Assembly (NCBI GenBank): GCA_023231475.1
Contig: JALJEE010000449.1
Location: 1-64,000 of the forward strand
Direction: 5' to 3'
DNA from: Seison nebaliae
Taxonomy: Eukaryota
Length of the DNA stretch: 64,000 nucleotides
Shown: positions 23,601 to 37,400 of the stretch, in pieces
How the letters are laid out: each line of letters starts with the position of its first letter
How positions within the stretch are numbered: the first letter of the stretch is position 1
Program-made: the position numbers and the translations under genes
The notes under the pieces: model-generated
Database searches by the model: none
Told to the model about the DNA's origin: nothing
What the model saw: the letters and a program-made list of their open reading frames with translations, nothing else

Positions 23601-26596
23601 TGATAAACGACCAATAAACTCGAGAGAGAAATGTAAGAGTGACGGAGAAGAATTTAACTGATGAGTCATGACATCGATCAATAATTGATATCGATATTCC
23701 ACCCATAGAAACATGTGGGATGGTTTCCCCCTTTTCTTCCCCCTCAACACCAACGTAACATGTTTCTAGCATTTTTATTGAAAAACTTTCGATATTTCCG
23801 TTCGCCCAGTACATGACGAAAGAAATGGAGAAATAGTAGCTATTACGTCGATTGGGAAAGAAGATCTTACGAGAAGGAAAGAAGAAAGTTTTGAAAGGAA
23901 TTTATGACGACGAAAATAGAATCGATTGATTTCTTTCAAAATATTATTGTCTATAACTTTCCACTAGTAATTGTTTGTGTGTGAGTTGCCTCACAATTTT
24001 ACTGTTCTACAATTTTCCTACAAACAAAGAGAAATGTTTGTTCGTAGAACATTTCATTTTGAGCATTCTCAAGATTACATATCTTCGTTTAATTTGCACC
24101 TTTCAACTCCTATCAACACGATTTTCGTTAAATTCGTCCAAAGCTGCACTAAATTTCTTTCTCCAAATGTTTTCCTTCAATTCTCCATCACAGACATCGC
24201 CTTGTTTCCATCGAACAATTTTCATTTTTGTTTTACACAAAAAAAAAAAGAAACTGTTATAGTTTTTATGATTCCCTTTCATTGAAATTCGTTTCCGTAT
24301 GAAAAGTGTAATTTGCATGAAAAACTTTCGAAACTTTTTCATAAAATCATATTATTTTTATGATATTATTATCAGAATTCTCATAAATAGGAAATTATAT
24401 TAATCTTTCTCGTTAAGTGGAAGGAAGTTTTGTTTTTAAGAGTTTGTTCTCTATTGAATATTATTGATTTTCTTCTTTGTGGCGAGGAAGAATTTGAGAG
24501 TATTCGAATATATTCCTCAAAGAAATTCTCTGACATTTTTTTAATTTCTTATCACACTAATATCGATCGAATTGTTACTCATTCTAATAATGATAATTGG
24601 CATTTAATAATAATTATTTAGAGAATTGATGTATTATTGTTGAGTCAAGGTGAGATGGAATGAAATGCCATCCTAAAAAATAGTTATCACAATCTTTATC
24701 AACGAACCATTTCTCCAGCTCCTCTTAACAGACGACAAGAATTTATTGGAGAAAAATCTTATCTTATTTGTTCTCTCATAATTTCTACAATTAATCATTT
24801 TGCCTCATTTTATCTGATTCTTCATCATATTGAAGAGTCACTAGAATAATAGTTTCATTTTTCTAAATTTACTTCTACTCTCAAACAGATTTCCATTGCC
24901 ATCTGTGCGGTTCCTGCAGTTGCCGTAATTAGATGGTAATTGTTGAGGAATCCACTTTGAATTGATACCTTGAACTACGATGACGGAGTACCTGGATATT
25001 TCTTTAAAATAACGACATTTGTAACTACAAATTTTCCACATTTCTCTTCGTAATTTTTGGACATTTTTTCTTCTCCTTCGTAATTTTTCATATTTTTTCT
25101 TCTTCGAAATTTCTCGATGATTTTCTTTTAGAAATTTAACTATAAAAATAAGTGAGGTGAGAACTTGAATGGAAGAAAAGTTCCAGAATTATTTTATTTA
25201 AATTAATTATTGATAAATGTCCCAAAGTTCCATTTACCATTCGTCCGTATTGTTGGTTGGGGAAATGTCTTTTTTGTAAGGGAATTGAAAAGGTGAAAAT
25301 CTTGTCTAAAAGTTGAGTGAATGGAATAAAGAGAATGACGATGAAATAGTAGTTGTTGAAGACAAGTAAAGTTGTTGCGGGGAAGACTTGGGTAGAATAC
25401 TGTTATTAGATTTGAGGATAAGTGGGAAAACAAATGAGAAGTAATTGTTGGGAGGAATGATGATTTGTGTCATGTGAAGGTCAATGAAATAATTTTTGCA
25501 CAATACAATCATCACGTTTAATTGAAAGAAGTGAGAGAAAGAAGTTTATTCGTCTAATTCTTCCATTTAGTCGATGATATAACTAATCAGCGATGAAGGA
25601 ACCATCAGTTACTTTTATTGTCATTATGGTGGGCGAATGGGTTGTTGTGAAAGAATAGTTAGACCAAAACATATTGTCTGCAAACATCTGTGAGTAATTC
25701 GTCGATTATTTTTTCTTGGGTAAATAATCAGATGGAATTCTTCTCCTCACAGCTTTCCTCACACTTATCTCTAATAATGTTCATCGTCTCGCTCATTTTC
25801 TTACGTTTTTTCCTTATACTTTCGAACGTTTCGGGAACTAGTTCGAAAGAAATTCATGATAAGAAAAATTGATGAAAATACATTTCGAGTATGACCCGAT
25901 GTAGATGGATGGAGGAGGAGGAGATATCGTAATATTTCCTCCTATAGAGGTCATCATCCTCATCATGCTGATTCATTTAAATAGTCGTCGATGTTGAAAG
26001 AAGATACAAATAAAAAAAATTGTCTTTCCACAAGAAAGAAGTGGAGGAAGAATGAGGAAGATGAAGACGTACAAAAGTTTCGATAAACAACTCGATAATG
26101 GAATTGGCGATAGATGATGCCAGATGAAAATGTTGTTCGATATTTTTAGGATATGAGATAGACGGAAGAAATAAAACTCTTTCTATTTCATCTTCACAAA
26201 TCAAGTCGTAAAAATTCGAGGGAAAAAACATTATTCCTGGTAGGAAATTAGTTTCCATTATTACTCGATTTCCACCGGATAAGATCAATATTATCATTTT
26301 CGCTCATTCTCTCTTTTTTGTGGAAGTTGTGAAACATCAAGCCAAAAACTGTTTTTTCCTCCTTTCATATTTTCGGAAACAAAAGACTTACCCGATTCTT
26401 CCCGTCAATCATTTAATTTTTCCTTTCTAAATCGATTTTTTTGGCCATTTTCCATATTTTGTTCACAGAATTTTATGTGCGAAACAAATTTTATTTATTT
26501 TAATTTTTTTGATGTTTAATTAATCTTTTTTTAGAATGATTTTATTTTCTTAAGATTTATACTTTCTCAAAATTAGAAGACGTCAAATTAGAAGAA

Positions 26597-29500
26597 ATGA
26601 CGGAATGCAATATTGAAATTAGAGAGACAGGAATGTTATTCTTTCCAAATGTCATTCGACGATCAATGAGGAAAAGTGAGACATTCGCAAATCATTCTCA
26701 ATTGACAGAAACGGAAGAACAAATAGCCAACTTCCCCAACGACATGAATTGTTTGACGAGAGATGAGGATAACTGGCAACCTTCCTCCACCACCACCACA
26801 ACAACAACAACAACTATGATGGATAATTCGAAGAAAGATGGTTTAATTGATGATGAGATGGATCGTGAAGAAATCTATCAGAATTTGCAAAAAAGTTCCA
26901 TTTCTTATATGATTTTGTGTTTGAATTTTATAATGATCGTATCTGGATATGTTAATAAGAGAAGTTAATCGGTTATGCCATTATTCGATGTAATCGTAAA
27001 TTGAGCGTCGTTTAGCGGTTATTAGTCGTCGAAGAAAGGAAACTTCGTCGAATCGATCAATGTCTTATGTATTTGGGAGTTATAATATTGGGAGAGTATC
27101 GACGATGTATATCCTCTTCCCAATGGAAGGGGAACAGGAAGAAGATATTTTTATGAAAAGATTTCTTGCTGCGGTCGTTTTACTGCATTTCCTCATTGAA
27201 TATTTCAAATCTCTTCTCCCTCTCTCTTCCCTCCGTCTTACAAATTATTCAGAAGGAATCATTTCGGTCAACATATAAATCATAAGGGCGAAGCATGTTA
27301 CCCATCTCGGTTTGGAGGTGACGGTGATAATTCCACGCTTCCCATTTGCTCGAATAAACAGGAGCGTCTTATGTGTGTGTCTCATTCGATTCGGTTCGAT
27401 TTAAGACAAAAGGGAAATGACATTATTCTTTCGTTTCCATTAGAAGAATTCTGAATAAACAGAAGATGATTCCCATGTTCCACATACGTACCATCAAATG
27501 TATGGTATTTAAGTGAAGGAAAATCATAAGATCTCAAGCAATCATTAACCAAGTTCGACGACTGATAAATGACCCAGAATTGGGAATCCTCCTCCCACTC
27601 CCCAACGGACTTACTCCTCCGTTTCGTATCGATTGATGTAGATTGTTTTCGTATTTTTAGAATTTGTCGAATTTTTTTATGGAGTTCTTTTGTACTACAA
27701 TTCTGAAAAGAAAGAAAGAAAGAAGTGGAACGATAAACGATGATTCCATTCTTATTATCAGATGATGGAAGAGAGAAGAGGCACCTGTTCTTAATCGTAT
27801 GTTAATTGTGTGCTAGAATTGATATTTATGTTTCCTTTCATTTGGGGAAGGCAATGCTTATGTCGAATTGCATCGTTAGAGTTGCGGTGTGAAATTGATG
27901 ATGTTTCCACTTTCATAAGGACGTCCTTGAATGCGAACCAATTATGGAATACTCATTCAGATGATCCATCTCCATCCTCCACTAATAATCATCATATGAG
28001 TACGGGAATTGGCAACTGATGACTTATTATTCGGAAATTTTATTATATCATCATTTTGGAAACATCATTTTGCGATATCCGAATTATTGTTCCCCATTTG
28101 ATGAATGTCGAAGGATGATATGTTGAAAAAATTCTTTTTATTCTCTCCTAAATTAACCTTCGTCATTTGATTAATGATGGAATGTAATTACCGTAAAACG
28201 GTTTTTTAATTCGATTAATTGAGAGTGAAAGATCGAGGGAGAATGACAAAATGGTTGAGACATCACATCTAAAATCTTTTCAATTTCTTTCCTTACAGTC
28301 CCATCGATAATTGAAGACGATAATTATGAGGATCGATCGATAACTGATGAGAAAGTTGATGATAAGGAACGACTGTTTACTAGATTTAGTGGTTGTGAAA
28401 GTAGTATCGTATCGACCACGAAAAACAATTTAGATCATATCAACAAACGGATATCAGGAACGTGCCGAGCAGAAAGCGTTGATCTGAAGAAATGGAATAA
28501 TTGTATTAGTCGACGGAATTGGAAAGAGATTTCCGTACAACCCAATCGGCTCTCCTTATTAACAATTCAATCAACTCCTTCGCCGATAAGTTCCTATTTC
28601 TCCGAGAACGAATTGCTCAGTGAGCGATATCATCGACAAAGAACTAAACCACTTACGCCATATCAGATTCCGGAAGTTAGTACAATTCAACATTTATTTA
28701 TATACACCACATTTTGCATGATGAACGAATTGACCACGATTGAAGAAATTTATTCCATCTCAATGGATTCATCGATTATTTCCTTTCCACATTTATTCTC
28801 CTCTTCCGGTAATGATGATGTTCTCTTAATCAAATCGAAAACAATTTAGTCGTCTTCCCATTCTTACAATTCCATTATTCTTTCCAGATACTTTCTGCAA
28901 TTAAAATATTAAACCGCAACTATCTCCCTAAACACTAGTATTACGTATTCCTCCTCCAATTATCAATTTTACTTTAGAATAATTCGCTTAAATGGACAGT
29001 TGTTGTTCGATTTCTATTCCACAAAAATTTGTTCTTCTCATAAATGTTCTGTAGAAAAACGATAATCATTTAATTATCTGATGTGGTAGATGATGATGAT
29101 GTTGGATACGTGTAGTATTTAGATGGAAATCCAAATTGGAGTAAGGATTTGTATGTTCTCGAACAATGATCCTTTTTCCATTATACTTTTGTTCGTCCAT
29201 TTCTATCGATAATTCTTTAGATGATGTGGGTTGAATGTGGTAGTCAATTTGGTTGTGAAGAAAGTAAAGATTATTGATTTCATTCATTCTTTATGATTCC
29301 TCCATTTAATAGTTTAATACTATTCATCAGGAACACGTAAATTTACATATGGAATTATTCCAATAAAATTACACCTCCGAAAATTTGTTTTTTATGAAAT
29401 TTTATTAATTCTTTCTCCTCACTCAGTTTACATGTGAAATTGTGTGAACTATGAATATAAGTGTGTTTGTGTGTGGAATGTGAATATAAATGTGTGTGTG

Positions 29501-32500
29501 TGTGTGTGTGCTCGTGTCTGTCGACATATAAATGAATGAAAAAGTTCAATATAAAACGATTAAGTATTTTGTTTGGAAACATATCACAAACTCTTCACAA
29601 TATGGCGATCATAATTAGTTCTTTCTACTTTTGAATTCTTTTCCATCAATCCTCTCCTCTCATTTGTCGTCATCTTACAACTTAATGGATCATATTCGTT
29701 CTCTCACTAATTCCAAAGGAGTGAGTAGTTGCGATTCTTTCGTCACATTTCATGAATGGATTTTTACTTATCGTGTACGTGTAGTGGGAGGAATACCGTC
29801 GGTTAATGTCAGGTGACTATTCCTTTAATTATCAAAAATTGTCTGACGAAAAGGCAGGTTGTTCTTACGAAAATGGATGAATAATTGATGAAGACTTCGT
29901 AATTTACTCAATTACTCCATTCTACGCACACAAGCACAAAAACCTGATTTTGGGAATAAGTCAAACCAAAAGAAAATTAGCCGTTCGCAAATCATTTTCC
30001 GTTGGAGACCAGTCCCCTCCATACATTGGAAATCTTAACAGATCGACAATACTTTTCTAAATTGTTTAGTTTCTGACGTAACTTAATGGGAAAAGAAAAA
30101 AAGTTTATTGAAGATTTTCACTCGATATCAAGGAAATTCTCTTATTCATTCAACAACTTCTCCCTACAATTTTCTATGTTTATATTCACTGTTTATATCA
30201 ATATCTACAATCATCATTTTCCTATATACTCTATCAAATATGGAAAGAAACGGAGAATTGGGAAGTGTCTTTTTGGACACTTTCAAGTTGTCCGTAAGAA
30301 AGTTGATTTTTAATCGAACTAAAGATAAACGAGAAATAATTAAATGAAAATTAACTGAATAAAATTAGTAAATTGGACGAAAATAGAATTTGTAGTAATT
30401 TCAATAATGTCCGGACAGATCTCCCAATCATCTATCAAAAAGGACAGTTCTCAATTCTCATTGTGAACTTTTCTGCATTTTTTTCTCCTTAAATTTCTCA
30501 ATTCTAATCTGCCAATATTGAGACACATAAATTTTCAAAATGTTATTTTAGGCATCTCACAACTAGTACAATCTTCCCAATAGTTACAATAGTATCCAAA
30601 AATTCTGCCTAATTTTACAACACCAATTTATAGTGGCAAAAACCAAAATCGGTCAATTTACGATTATAAATTTAAAAAATTAAAAAAGTCCAAGAATGTC
30701 CCAAATTGGGATTGACAATTGTCCGGTTTCGTAGGAGCTTGGAGGATTGACAAATGTCCGTTAATCATATCGACATCATCTATTTTCATTAGATGATTTG
30801 TAACACTTACGGTTCTGTTCAACAAGGTTATGATTTTCTCCAAATCAAGTATTTACGTTGCCACTTGATTAGTGAAAGAATGTCTTGAAGAAAATTTTTT
30901 CTGAATTCATTCCATATTTGATCATTCTATTCGCCTCTTCACAAATTTCTCATAGAACGGTTGGTAAGAATACCAATAAAGTAAAGTCAATAAATTGAAT
31001 TTCTCTCTTGATAATACAAATAGAATCGGAGGTGTACTATTCACATAATTATTTCCGAATGGGAATTCATCCACGATTCAGTCCACCAACTTCTGCACTG
31101 CACAACAATAAGGAAGAATTGTATTATTATCTTCTTAAGGAATGTTGTGGAGAACGTCAATTATTAAGAGAAGTAGAATATGCATATTGATTATGAGGGA
31201 AAGCGGAAGTTATATCAAATTATAATCAGAACTACAAGACGACAATTCCTCTGTCTTCATGTCGATTACGTCAACCTATGGCTAATTTAGTTGGAGATAT
31301 TATTCAGTTTTCTCATCAGTTTCCATCCCAATACTTCTCTGCAATCGGAGAAGAAATATTTTCTCCACCTTTTCTTTAAGAGAAACAATTCCATTCATAT
31401 CACTCTATTAACCGATAAATATAATTTTAATTTTTTATTAAAGAATTAATTAACAAAGGAAAAAAGAATTAATTGTAAGTAAAATTTATTAATGTTTCCA
31501 AGCTGATCTATTCAGATTCTTTTCGTTAACTGTGGGAAACTGATATACCATCTAACAAATTTCAGTCAGTACCATGCTATGTGGAATATATTTCCGTTTC
31601 TCATTTATCAAAAAACGAACGAAGTAAATGGACCAAAAAGAATAATTGATAATTTTCTCCAGTTATCCTCCCGCTTTCTCTGTGGTTTTCTTTTTATGTT
31701 TAGTAATTTGTATGAATAAGAAGAAACTATAAATCTTTCAATGTTTCAAAAAAAAAATAAAGGGATTTTCTACTTAAACAAACTCCCACTTTCTTTTCAA
31801 CATACGAAATCATTCATCTTATCCCATTTTGGCCTTTTCTTCATTATCATTTTTTTTTGTCTCCAAATTTTCTCTCCATATCCCGAATTCGATGAATTTC
31901 TATAGAATTCATTAACATTCGTGACTGTGGAGATGAGAAAGTGAATTGACGCATCGAAATTTATGAGATGAGACCCAAAAAAATGAGATGATAACAATAA
32001 GTGAATTTGATGGATTTTGATGAAAAAAATTAAATTCAAATTTATGAGACAATTCTGAAAAGAGTCCTCGTTTATTATTCATAGAAGAAATGAATATCGT
32101 CAAATGATGATTGATTGTTCATGAATCGTTCAACCATTTGATCGAAATAAGTTGCGGCAAATTGTCTTTTCTTTCTTCTTTCTATTTATCTATTCAATGA
32201 ACTCCACTCCATCCATTCTCTAACACTTCTGGAAAATAAAGGTCTTCTAAACATTAATAGTAACGAACATGATCTAAATCAACAACATGAATAATTTCAA
32301 CATTAGATGATAATTTCTTTTGTTCTAAAAATTCTAGTGCCAAACCAATTTGTTTGGTAAATGCAACGAGAATGAACAAGTGAATTTATCAACACCTTTA
32401 TATGAATCACTGAGTGTTTTACACAACTCTTCCAAAACCCATTTAACAAACGATTCTACAATGATTACATCTGAATTCCATCAATCGCCCAATCCATCCA

Positions 32501-34463
32501 CCTACCACAAAATACGACGAACTGGGTTAGATTTCCTCGAAATTCAAATTTTCACAATCTCATTCTCCTTTGAAGTTGGTTACATTTCCGTAGTTGGTTA
32601 TTACCGAATCATAAATCACATCGATTATCATCTCCCAATAATCATGGAACGATTTTCGATTTTGGAAAGAAACAACAAAATTCCGAAGATTGTACCGATT
32701 ATCAGACAGTTCATGAAACATTCGCCAATCGACAAGACAATTGGAAATGGCACGGAAATATTTTCTCGATTCGTTGGAAGAAATATTGGGTGATACTTCG
32801 GGGACATTATCTCATGTTCTACGAATCGTCCGATGTGGACAATGAGACGAAACCGAAATTAATTTTAGACATCTACCAATCTTTAGCTCAATCGATGCCG
32901 GAACATCCGAAACGGGAGAATGTCTGGTGCCTCTCCACCGCCAAATCGAGTGTGTTCCTTTTCCAGGTAAGATTATTTTGTTTTTTTAAATAAAGAAAAA
33001 CATTTTCCTTAGTGTTCGACGTATCAAGAATTGGAATTATGGATTAATTCCATTCATTCGGTAATCGCTCATAAGATGTTGGAAGAAGTAACATTGGAAA
33101 CGGATTATGGGAGTGGAGAGAAGAAGAAGCAGCAGCAACTGATTATCAATGTAATTCAAGAACAGATCAACGATTTGAATAGCTTATGTTATCAGGAGTC
33201 AAATATGATATCATTAGCGGAATTACAACTTTCGAAGATGTATGAGAAGAAAGGAAACGGAACATTCTCATCAAGTGCTTTATCGCCTCACGAGGCAGTG
33301 AATGATAGAGTACGTCAACAGAAAACAAAATGTTCGATCGAAGAACAAATTAATGAATGGCATTTGCGAAAAGAATTGATTCTTCTTACCATTTTCCGCT
33401 ATCGATGTTATGCTTCGGCTCTCTTAGATAATGAGACGCCAAATCCTAAGGTTTTTTCTCTTATCACTCCTCTCATCCTTGATGTATCTCTCTTTCGTCT
33501 TATTATAATTTAATGTATTATTAGAGTATACTAGTTTCCGTATCGAAATTAACGAAGAATAATTTGAATCGAAGTCAAACGAACCTCAACATCTGTCCAT
33601 GTTCCGTATTCAATGTCTCCTGTCTCCATGCTTACATACATTTCATTCTCAATCTCTCCAAAATATTCGACATCTCCAAATACCTCAATTCGCCTCTAAA
33701 CAAGTCGACTGAACAACAATCAACAAACCGACAACAATCTATGCGAAATATTCCCATTGATAACATCAACCAGATCTGCCGAGTAAATACAGATGAATCA
33801 GTTTATGAGAATTATTATAGAAAAGACTATCATCGTATTTCTTTGTCGTCATTGAACAATGAACATGGACAGATTACGAATGAGGAGAATAAGAGCAACA
33901 AACTTCCTATTTTCCCAGATAGTTTCAGTGCTCAATTTAACAGTAGGAAATTGGTAGAGAAACGTTTTTCCGATTCATCACAGATGCGTCCCACTGATAT
34001 GGAGGGCGAAGGAATAAGATTTCGAAAGCACAATTCCAACAAACCATATGATAAGGATCGTTCTAGAAGCAAATCCCAAGAAATAATACATCACCTTCAC
34101 ACAAACCATCATCATCAACCGACAAATCGATTGAATCATCGTTCTCGTCAAGAAGACGCCGTACCGACTTCTGACTCAACTCAACGAATGTTCTATACGA
34201 TGAAAATATATGTGGTAGAACTGAAAGAGGTTTGTTCGTTTAGCATTCGATGTGCTTTCTTTCTTTTTCTTCCTTCCAAAAGTTCATTCCTTTTATTTAC
34301 TCCAAATAAAGTTGTAATTGTGTAGGAATGTTTACATACTCGTTGGGAACTATAGTGAATAATTTGATTGAGCAATGAAGGAAAGTAACGTCTTCGTCTT
34401 ACTATTCTTTCGAGGGATATTCATATTTATTTTCAAGTTTCTTCCTTTAACTTATTTAGTTTG

Positions 34464-34494
<31 letters not shown>

Positions 34495-37400
34495 CGTTCA
34501 TTGGAACTTCGTTTGTTTGTCCAATGTGAATTGAAAGAGAGAGAGAGAGAGAGGGAGAGAGAAAGAGAAAGAGAATGAAAACAACCACAACATATTCATA
34601 AAACGATTATGTCAAATCAGATCATTCCATCTAGATCATGAGAAGGAAGAAAAATTTGTTTTTAGTCGTTTAAGAGACGAAAGTAAATTCTCTTGATGTA
34701 TATCGATACATGTTACAGGTAATAATGGAAATGAGGAAGACCAGATTAACGGTGGCATCGTACGAAAAGGAAAAGAAGTGGCACTTCTTCCCATTTGTGT
34801 TTGATTGAATTAGGTTGATGAGACTAATCGAATTAATTTCGACACGACATTCAATTTCATAATGGAAACGATTAATCCTTTTAAATCGTCAAATTTACAC
34901 TCATATCAATAAAGAACTGACATCCATTCAAACCGATATTACAAAGAGATATAATCGATAATTATTAGTTTTCTTAAAAGGAGTCAAAGCGTCAAATCAT
35001 TTCGATTAACTGAAGAGGCAAACGTAAAATCAGTTGGGAGATATTTGTTGAGAATGAGGTAGAAGAGGAGATGATGTACTTCTAAAAAATATGTCTGTTA
35101 ACAAAGAAAAACTTATTCTCTCCCATCATACACACCACCAACTCTCATTATGATTATCTTCCTGTTCTTTCCGTTTACTTCGATTATCGTTCATTGGAAC
35201 ATCATTCATCATCATCCTCCACCACTCTTCCTCACTCGGAGGAGAAGAAGAAGAAGATCAATTTGAACTCAATGAGAAAAATGTTGAAAAGGAGAAGTTG
35301 AGTGAATTTTGTAAAATTGTTCGCAAATAAATACGGTGAGAAGTTTTAGGAAGCACCGGAAATAAGGAAGTTAATGGAATGGAGATAGAACGAAAATTTT
35401 TTCTGCAAAATAAATTTTTTTCTTGACATAATTTTTCTTCTTCACATAAATTGTCAATGAAAAATTTATGATAGTTATGAATTAATTCTCTTAATTTGAT
35501 GTGTTGCAGCATAAAGAAATCGATCTTGACATCGGTGATAGAATTGGAGGAATTCATGAGAAAATTTGCACCGAATGTCAATTTTGTTTAGATGATTATT
35601 TCATTCGATTACGACATCTTCGTCCAGCTACTGATCAACACTTGAACGATGAGGAGAATGATGATGAACAATTGAATTCATTCTCTTGCTCTTCAAACGG
35701 AAACAAACGAATAAATCATTCGGATTGTTGGTCCGTCTTGAGAGACGAGAAATTGTGGTGCAATTATTATTTTGATGCGATTCAACTACAACGAAAGTAT
35801 TTTATGTTGATCAATCTTCATTTGCCATTCAAAGATACTGGTGTTGTCTTCTTCATCAAACGAAAGGAATCGATGCAACAATATGGTGTTTATGTGAAGA
35901 AAGTGGAGAAACAATCGGAGGCGGAAGCGAATGATCTTCGTGAAATGGATGAACTCGTCCTCTTCAATAACAAACAAATCGACAAGATGTCCTTACAACA
36001 ATTACAATCGTATTTTATCAGTTTCTCTTGTCGAACTGATATGACGCAACCGATTCAAATCGGTTTAAAAGTGGTAAGGTTAACTATGTCACATTCATTT
36101 CCATTAGGCAACGATTCTCTTCCACATCCATTCCTCTATGTGTCTCTGATTCAACAGAAAAAATAATTCGATTCATTATACAATTAGGTGGGGAAGTGTT
36201 TTTTAGCCATGATATAATTGTAAGGAAAAGAATTTGCCGTCTGTTAACCAGAAATAATAAATAGAATATGTAGATTTTCAGAAAGATTTTTTGTAAAGAT
36301 GAAACAGGATTAATCAGTTATTCTTCTTCTTCTTCTTCTCATCCAGATCTCGAGCACCACCAAGCACTATGAGCAAATCTGAAATTAAGCAGATTAATTT
36401 GGAGAATGAACAAACTGGATGTGGCGGAACAATGAGGAAGCCGCCCACCGATAAGAAATCTCTATGGAATGCCAATGACAATCGTCAATCTCTCCATCGC
36501 ATCGATCAAACAAAAGTCAATTCGAACAGTAATCGAAGTAGTGGAATTAGTTGTAATGGATCCTCTTCCACCAATTCTAGCATCAACTGTGCACACATGA
36601 ATGACAATGTCAGTTCGAATGGAAGTGATACAAATTATGATCATTACGGCAACTATCAACATGTGGCGTCGAAAACGCCTAATAATTACACTGCTTATCG
36701 TTCTCAATTGATGAATAGGACACTAATGAAAAAAGATGAATCGTTTACTGATCAGAAGTTCAATCGAAAAATTCGAACTGAAGATAATGCTTATGACGAA
36801 TTACCATCATCCGAATACAATCATTCGAGTAACATGTTAATTAATCAAAAGAAAACAAATACTAACTACTTATCATCAATACCGAATAATTCGAGGAGAT
36901 ATGCTTTCCAATTCAATCATCCATCAATCAATTCATCACATAATCGTACATCGAACTATCAGAAACAACAACAACAACAACAACCAAATACTTCCAGATC
37001 CAAATCACTCGTCACTTCAATAAATCAGAAGAATATTTCGAGACCTAATCGAATTAGAAATCAATTGTTCGACAATACCGTCAATTCAAATAAGAACGAT
37101 ACAACAATCTCTTATGCGTGTGTGAATCGAATATGTGACGAGAATCATCGTCAGACACCCGCCAAACAATCGATAAATGCGAATAAGATTCCCATTCAAA
37201 AATCTCAATTTTTACAGCCAGTTAGTTTGTTCTCTAATTATCATTCATATCAATTCATATTTTATCCGTCTCAAAACGGAAATAAATTGAAATTCAAATA
37301 ATGGGAAGGATATTCCGTTTTTTCCGAAGAATTTTCCTCCTCTTTTTTTTACAATTTAAATACTTTTCCTACGAGACATTATTTCTCCATTGAGTAAATG

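Noticed and set aside
25040..25115. Degenerate ~30-bp repeat (cttcgtaattttt...) as possible CRISPR-like array
   Set aside because: Only 2-3 low-complexity copies, no unique spacers, eukaryotic context.
21000..26500. Many 60-100 aa F/I/L-rich ORFs
   Set aside because: Composition typical of AT-rich noncoding DNA; no recognisable domain or consistent exon chain.
28178..28200. tggaatgtaa resembling miR-1 5' end
   Set aside because: Similarity ends after ~10 nt and no hairpin was evident.
32576..32793. C-terminal half of ORF 32350-32793 (VGYISVVGYY...)
   Set aside because: Wrong frame; removing intron 32526-32575 switches to the frame with the Tiam PH homology.
34464..34494. TTAG repeat as interstitial telomere
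   Set aside because: Unit is 4 nt, not TTAGG/TTAGGG; short and internal.
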